From an uncultured Verrucomicrobiae bacterium (lineage in GTDB: Bacteria; Verrucomicrobiota; Verrucomicrobiia; Chthoniobacterales; UBA10450), in NCBI GenBank assembly GCA_963839665.1, contig CAWIWB010000003.1:85626-149625 (forward strand): a stretch of 64,000 nt of DNA, given 5' to 3'. The translations under genes were made by a program, and so were the position numbers. Shown piece after piece: positions 60,456-64,000 of the stretch. Positions within the stretch are counted from its first letter, which is position 1. Every line of letters starts with the position of its first letter. The notes under the pieces were generated by a model. It worked only from the letters and a program-made list of their open reading frames with translations, was not told the origin of the DNA and made no database searches.

Positions 60456-60945
60456 ATGAAAACAACATCTGCTCAGTTAATCCCAGTCATCGCGCTCGGT
60501 TGCAGCGCGCTTCTCTATTTCGTCACCGGTTGCTCACGCGCACCGGAAGCACCGCCGAAAGAAGTGAACAATTCAGGCCGACGACAAAATGCGTTATGAC
60601 GTCACCGCATTTGACGCGTCGCCCGGCCAGAAAATCTCCGTCACGATCAAGAACATCGGGACGACGCCCAAGTTTTCGATGGGCCATAACTTTGTTATGC
60701 TCGATCGCACAATTAATACCGGCAACGTGCAGTCAGCATTTCTCGACAAGGCCTCGACCGAAGCGTCGCACGATTATGTTCCGCCGGGTGCAAAGGAAGT
60801 GCTCGCGCATTCCAAACTGCTCGGACCTGGGGAAAGCGAGGTCGTCACCTTCAACGCGCCTTACATTCCAGGGGAATATCTCTATCTCTGCTCGTTCCCC
60901 GGCCACTATTCGCAGGGAACCAAGGGCATCATGACAGTGAAATAA
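60456..60945 (+). CDS. cupredoxin (azurin/pseudoazurin-like) lipoprotein precursor; the signal peptide is in a different frame from the mature domain
   Basis: ORF 60589..60945 carries the type 1 Cu ligands (...MGHNFVM..., YLCSFPGHYSQGTKGIMTV). The lipoprotein signal MKTTSAQLIPVIALGCSALLYFVTGCS starts at ATG 60456 in frame 0 and runs into a stop. One extra base near 60567..60571 would explain this. Confidence 0.7.
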
Positions 60946-60969
60946 AATCGACAACCAGAAAGATCAGAA

Positions 60970-62922
60970 ATGAAAACCAAATCCACGATCGCGCTTGCGA
61001 TCATCATCACCGTCGTCAGCCTCGTTGGCTGCGGAAAAAGCAGCAGCACAAACAAAGGCGATCGCACGGCGAACGCGCTTGCCAGTTATGTCGCCCCCGG
61101 TGAGAAGGATGAATACTATCTTTTTTATTCCGGCGGACATTCCGGCCAGGTGTTTGTCGCGGGCATTCCATCGATGCGCCACATCGTTACGATTCCAGTC
61201 TTCGCGCCGTATCCGGGCACCGGTTATGGATTCGACGAGGAATCGAAGAAGATGCTTGGCGATTTCACCTGGGGCGACATGCATCACCCGGCGCTTTCGC
61301 AGACCGATTCCAAATACGATGGCCGCTGGCTATTCGTAAATGATAACGCCAATAACCGGATAGCGCGGATTGATCTGCGCGATTTTAAGACGCACCAGAT
61401 CCTCGGCCCGATTCCAAATTCCATCGGCAATCACGGATCGTCGTTCATCACGGAGAACTCCGAATATATTTTGTGTGCGACGCGTTTCTCGGTGCCGCTG
61501 CCAAAAGGACGCGTGGCCGATCCGAAGGATTACGAAAAGGAATTCAACGGCATGGTCAGCGGCATCAAAGTCGATCCGCAGACGGGCGAGATGAAAGTGG
61601 GCTGGCAAATCCTGACGCCGCCGTTCGATTGGGACCTCGGTTCCACCGGCAAGGGCCCGAGCAGCGGTTGGGCGTTTTGGACGAGCTACAACACTGAAAT
61701 GGCGCACGACGTTCTGGAGGTGAACTCATCCCAGAAGGATCGCGATCTCTGCGCCGTGGTGAATTGGCGCGCGGCCGAACAAGCGGTCGCTGAAGGGAAG
61801 GCAGAGACGATGGATGGGGTGCCGATAATCGATCCGGCGAAAGTGCCGGGCGTTTTGTATTTCGTGCCGGTCGGGAAATCACCGCATGGCATGGATGTTG
61901 ATCCAAGTGGCAAGTGGATTGTGGCCGGCGGAAAACTTCAGCCAGCAACCACCGTTATTAGCTTTGAGAAACTGAAAGAGGCTATCGCAAAGAAAGACTT
62001 TGTTCACGGTGGCGACGTCCGGGGAGTGCCTGTTCTCGAATACAACGATGTCGTGGAAGGCGAAGTGCCGGTCGGGCTCGGCCCACTGCACACGCAGTAC
62101 GACGGCAAAGGCTTCGCTTACACGTCGATGTTCATCGATTCGAACATCACGAAATGGAAGCTGCCGCCGTGGACCGACGAGGAGAAAAAAGATCTGAACA
62201 AGGTCGTTCTCGATAAGGTGCCTTGTCATTTCAGCACCGGCCACCTCGTCGTAGCCGGGAGCGACACGAAGAATCCGTACGGCAAATGGCTGGTCGCAAT
62301 GAACAAGCTGTCGGCAGGCCGCCACATCAATGTCGGACCCGTGCAGCCGGAGTCGAGCCAGTTGATCGACATCAGCGGCGACAAAATGAAAATGATCGCT
62401 GAGGCCTACACCGAACCCGAGCCGCACTTTGCGCAGATTCTCAAGGTTAGCGAAATCCAGCCGGCTGAGGTCTATCCGAAAGCGGAAAACAAAGATCCGA
62501 ACGCGGTTTGGGACAAGGAAAATACCGGCGTGACGCGAAACGGCAATCAGGTTGTGGCTAAGCTGACGGCCATTCGCAGCCGTTTCACTCCGGACCGGAT
62601 CGATGCCCAGGTGGGCGACGATCTCACGGTGCACGTCACGAATATCGAACAGACCCGGGACATGATTCACGGCTTCGGCGTCATCGAACAAAACATCAAC
62701 ATGACGATGGACCCGGGCGAGACGAAAACGTTCCACATCAAGCTGACGAAGGCGGGAGTGTTCCCGTTCTACTGCACCAACTTTTGCTCGGCGCTGCATC
62801 AGGAGATGCAGGGTTATCTGGTGGTGAGCAACGCCGGCCAGCCTTTGCCCGGCGCGGTTTATTCGCAGCCCGGCAATGCGACCCAGCCGGCGCCGCAACC
62901 CGCCGCCAGCCCGGGAAACTAA
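60970..62922 (+). CDS. nosZ: nitrous-oxide reductase, Sec/lipoprotein-type (clade II-like)
   Basis: 650 aa with a lipoprotein-type signal (IALAIIITVVSLVGCGK) and no twin-arginine motif. It has a seven-bladed propeller region and the C-terminal CuA motif HGFGV...YCTNFCSALHQEMQGYL. Confidence 0.9.
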   Translation: MKTKSTIALAIIITVVSLVGCGKSSSTNKGDRTANALASYVAPGEKDEYYLFYSGGHSGQVFVAGIPSMRHIVTIPVFAPYPGTGYGFDEESKKMLGDFTWGDMHHPALSQTDSKYDGRWLFVNDNANNRIARIDLRDFKTHQILGPIPNSIGNHGSSFITENSEYILCATRFSVPLPKGRVADPKDYEKEFNGMVSGIKVDPQTGEMKVGWQILTPPFDWDLGSTGKGPSSGWAFWTSYNTEMAHDVLEVNSSQKDRDLCAVVNWRAAEQAVAEGKAETMDGVPIIDPAKVPGVLYFVPVGKSPHGMDVDPSGKWIVAGGKLQPATTVISFEKLKEAIAKKDFVHGGDVRGVPVLEYNDVVEGEVPVGLGPLHTQYDGKGFAYTSMFIDSNITKWKLPPWTDEEKKDLNKVVLDKVPCHFSTGHLVVAGSDTKNPYGKWLVAMNKLSAGRHINVGPVQPESSQLIDISGDKMKMIAEAYTEPEPHFAQILKVSEIQPAEVYPKAENKDPNAVWDKENTGVTRNGNQVVAKLTAIRSRFTPDRIDAQVGDDLTVHVTNIEQTRDMIHGFGVIEQNINMTMDPGETKTFHIKLTKAGVFPFYCTNFCSALHQEMQGYLVVSNAGQPLPGAVYSQPGNATQPAPQPAASPGN

Positions 62923-62932
62923 TTTGATCGAA

Positions 62933-62965
62933 GCGAGGCTGAATGGTCGCGGCCTTCAGCCTCGC
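62933..62965 (+). terminator. intercistronic stem-loop after nosZ
   Basis: gcgaggctgaa-tggtcgcggcc-ttcagcctcgc forms a perfect 11-bp stem, 10 nt after the nosZ stop and 15 nt before the next start. It has no clear U-tract, so it could be an attenuator or an mRNA stabiliser rather than a full terminator. Confidence 0.4.
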
Positions 62966-62979
62966 CGATCCAAAATTTC

Positions 62980-63615
62980 ATGCGCGGAAAAATATCGAAT
63001 TTACTGGGACGGGAGTTTCGGTTTCTGCACAAGCCGCTCAATCTATGGTCGCGTCTGCTGCTGCTCGCGGCCGCAGTCACGATTGCCGTGTCGATCTTTT
63101 TTCCGCTCTGGAAAATGCATTTGATCGCGCCGCAATACTCCGACGGACTCGATCTCTACATCTTCCCCTACAAAATCCAGGGCGGCGGCTTGAATGGCCA
63201 GCATTTGGTCGAGATCAACAACCTGAATCATTACATCGGCATGAAGCCGATCCAGGCAGCCGATTTCATGGAGATGCGCTGGATGCCGTTTGTGTTCGGT
63301 CTGATCATTTTGATGACGCTGCGCTCGATCGTGTTCGGCGAGATGAGCAATGTTGTCGATCTTTTCGCCGTTTATTCTTATTTCGGCGTGTTTTCGATCG
63401 CCTCGTTCTGGTATCGACTTTACGAATACGGTCACAACCTCGATCCGCACGCGCCGATGCACATCAAGCCGTTTACACCGCGGCTGATCGGCGTGGAACA
63501 GATCGCAAATTTCCGCGAGGCGAGCTTTCCCATGGCCGGCGCGTATCTGCTCTGCCTCTCGGTGTTGCTGATCGTGCTCGCCGGCTGGTTTTCACGAAAG
63601 GAGACAAGCGTATGA
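62980..63615 (+). CDS. NosB-like integral membrane protein of clade II nos clusters
   Basis: 211 aa with about 4 TM helices. It lies directly between nosZ and nosD, and its stop overlaps the nosD start (ATGA). The assignment rests on position and topology only. Confidence 0.5.
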   Translation: MRGKISNLLGREFRFLHKPLNLWSRLLLLAAAVTIAVSIFFPLWKMHLIAPQYSDGLDLYIFPYKIQGGGLNGQHLVEINNLNHYIGMKPIQAADFMEMRWMPFVFGLIILMTLRSIVFGEMSNVVDLFAVYSYFGVFSIASFWYRLYEYGHNLDPHAPMHIKPFTPRLIGVEQIANFREASFPMAGAYLLCLSVLLIVLAGWFSRKETSV

Positions 63616-64000
63616 GCGCGGATTTTCTGGGGAGCGCACGCTTGCAGCGTGCTGGTGAAGGCATTCTGCCTTCACGAACTTTTCCTGGAGGATGGAAATC
63701 TCAACCGAGCAGCGAGTGTCCGGAAGAAAGTTCGTTTCGGCGAAACGCCGAAACCAGCACGCGACACGCGTGCGCTCCCCGGATTATTGCGATCACATTT
63801 TGTCTTGTCCTAAACGCCGGAGCTGCGACGCTGCAACAACGGATCGATGCGGCCGCGCCTAACGAGACGATCCGCGTTGAGGTCGGTGTTCACGCCGGGC
63901 CAATCGTCGTCCGCAAATCGCTTACGCTCATCGGCGAGCTCGGCGCCGAAATTCGCGGCAATGGCCTCGGGAATGTAATCATGATTGCGGCAGATGATGT
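63612..64000 (+). CDS. nosD: nitrous oxide reductase maturation protein NosD, 5' part (runs off the right edge), with a MITE inside its signal-peptide region
   Basis: I translated from ATG 63612 by hand and the frame is open to the window end. The mature part ATLQQRIDAAAPNETIRVEVGVHAGPIVVRKSLTLIGELGAEIRGNGLGNVIMIAADD matches the NosD N-terminus. It is not in the ORF track because it has no stop. Confidence 0.75.
   Translation, partial: MSADFLGSARLQRAGEGILPSRTFPGGWKSQPSSECPEESSFRRNAETSTRHACAPRIIAITFCLVLNAGAATLQQRIDAAAPNETIRVEVGVHAGPIVVRKSLTLIGELGAEIRGNGLGNVIMIAADD
63629..63780. mobile_element. MITE-like element, copy 3 (inside nosD codons 6-57)
   Basis: ggggagcgcacgc...gcgtgcgctcccc. It has hairpins gtgaaggca-ttc-tgccttcac and gtttcggcg-aaa-cgccgaaac, and the inner boxes cgaacttttc / gaaagttcg. 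Confidence 0.8.

Noticed and set aside
61879-62898. 339-aa minus-strand ORF opposite nosZ
   Set aside because: nosZ on the plus strand is unambiguous (CuA motif, full length), so the antisense ORF is a GC-skew artefact.

Overview
64-kb chromosomal segment with GC roughly in the mid to high 50s by eye. The gene content and many families of short palindromic repeats suggest a soil Verrucomicrobiota-type genome; this is inference, not a database result. Left to right: the 5' end of rpmB, an oxidoreductase, and a LysR regulator divergent from a DUF2339/DUF3999/hydrolase operon. Then come Bcp, HflKC, the methylcitrate genes prpD-prpB-prpC, a thioesterase, a class A beta-lactamase, DUF1203 and Ada. 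tRNA-Arg(TCT) follows, and next to it sits a 4.8-kb segment bounded by a second copy of the tRNA 5' half. That segment carries one very large secreted Kelch / P-domain protein with a 42-bp coding tandem repeat. After it come a low-GC orphan membrane gene and a DUF1353 lipoprotein, then TrpF-like, macro-domain and PdxH genes. A minus-strand block follows: TPR protein, alpha-2-macroglobulin, PBP1C and a choice-of-anchor-Q remnant. Next are nth and a tandemly duplicated 'tail-fibre (S74) protein + coiled-coil lipoprotein' cassette. Then tdh and kbl (separated by two unrelated genes), an ECF sigma factor with a Ser/Thr kinase, sufS-sufU, and a ligase/aminopeptidase cluster. The window ends in a clade II-type nos locus (SCO-CusF, cupredoxin, nosZ, nosB-like, nosD). 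Three oddities stand out. (1) About two dozen single-base frameshifts break at least 13 genes, and almost all lie right of 19 kb. (2) A ~150-bp MITE with covarying sub-terminal hairpins has three copies, two of them inside open 5' coding regions (nosD, pbpC). (3) At least eight other hairpin repeat families occur, and several supply stop codons or N-terminal codons to genes. I recognised no CRISPR array, rRNA, integrase or transposase.
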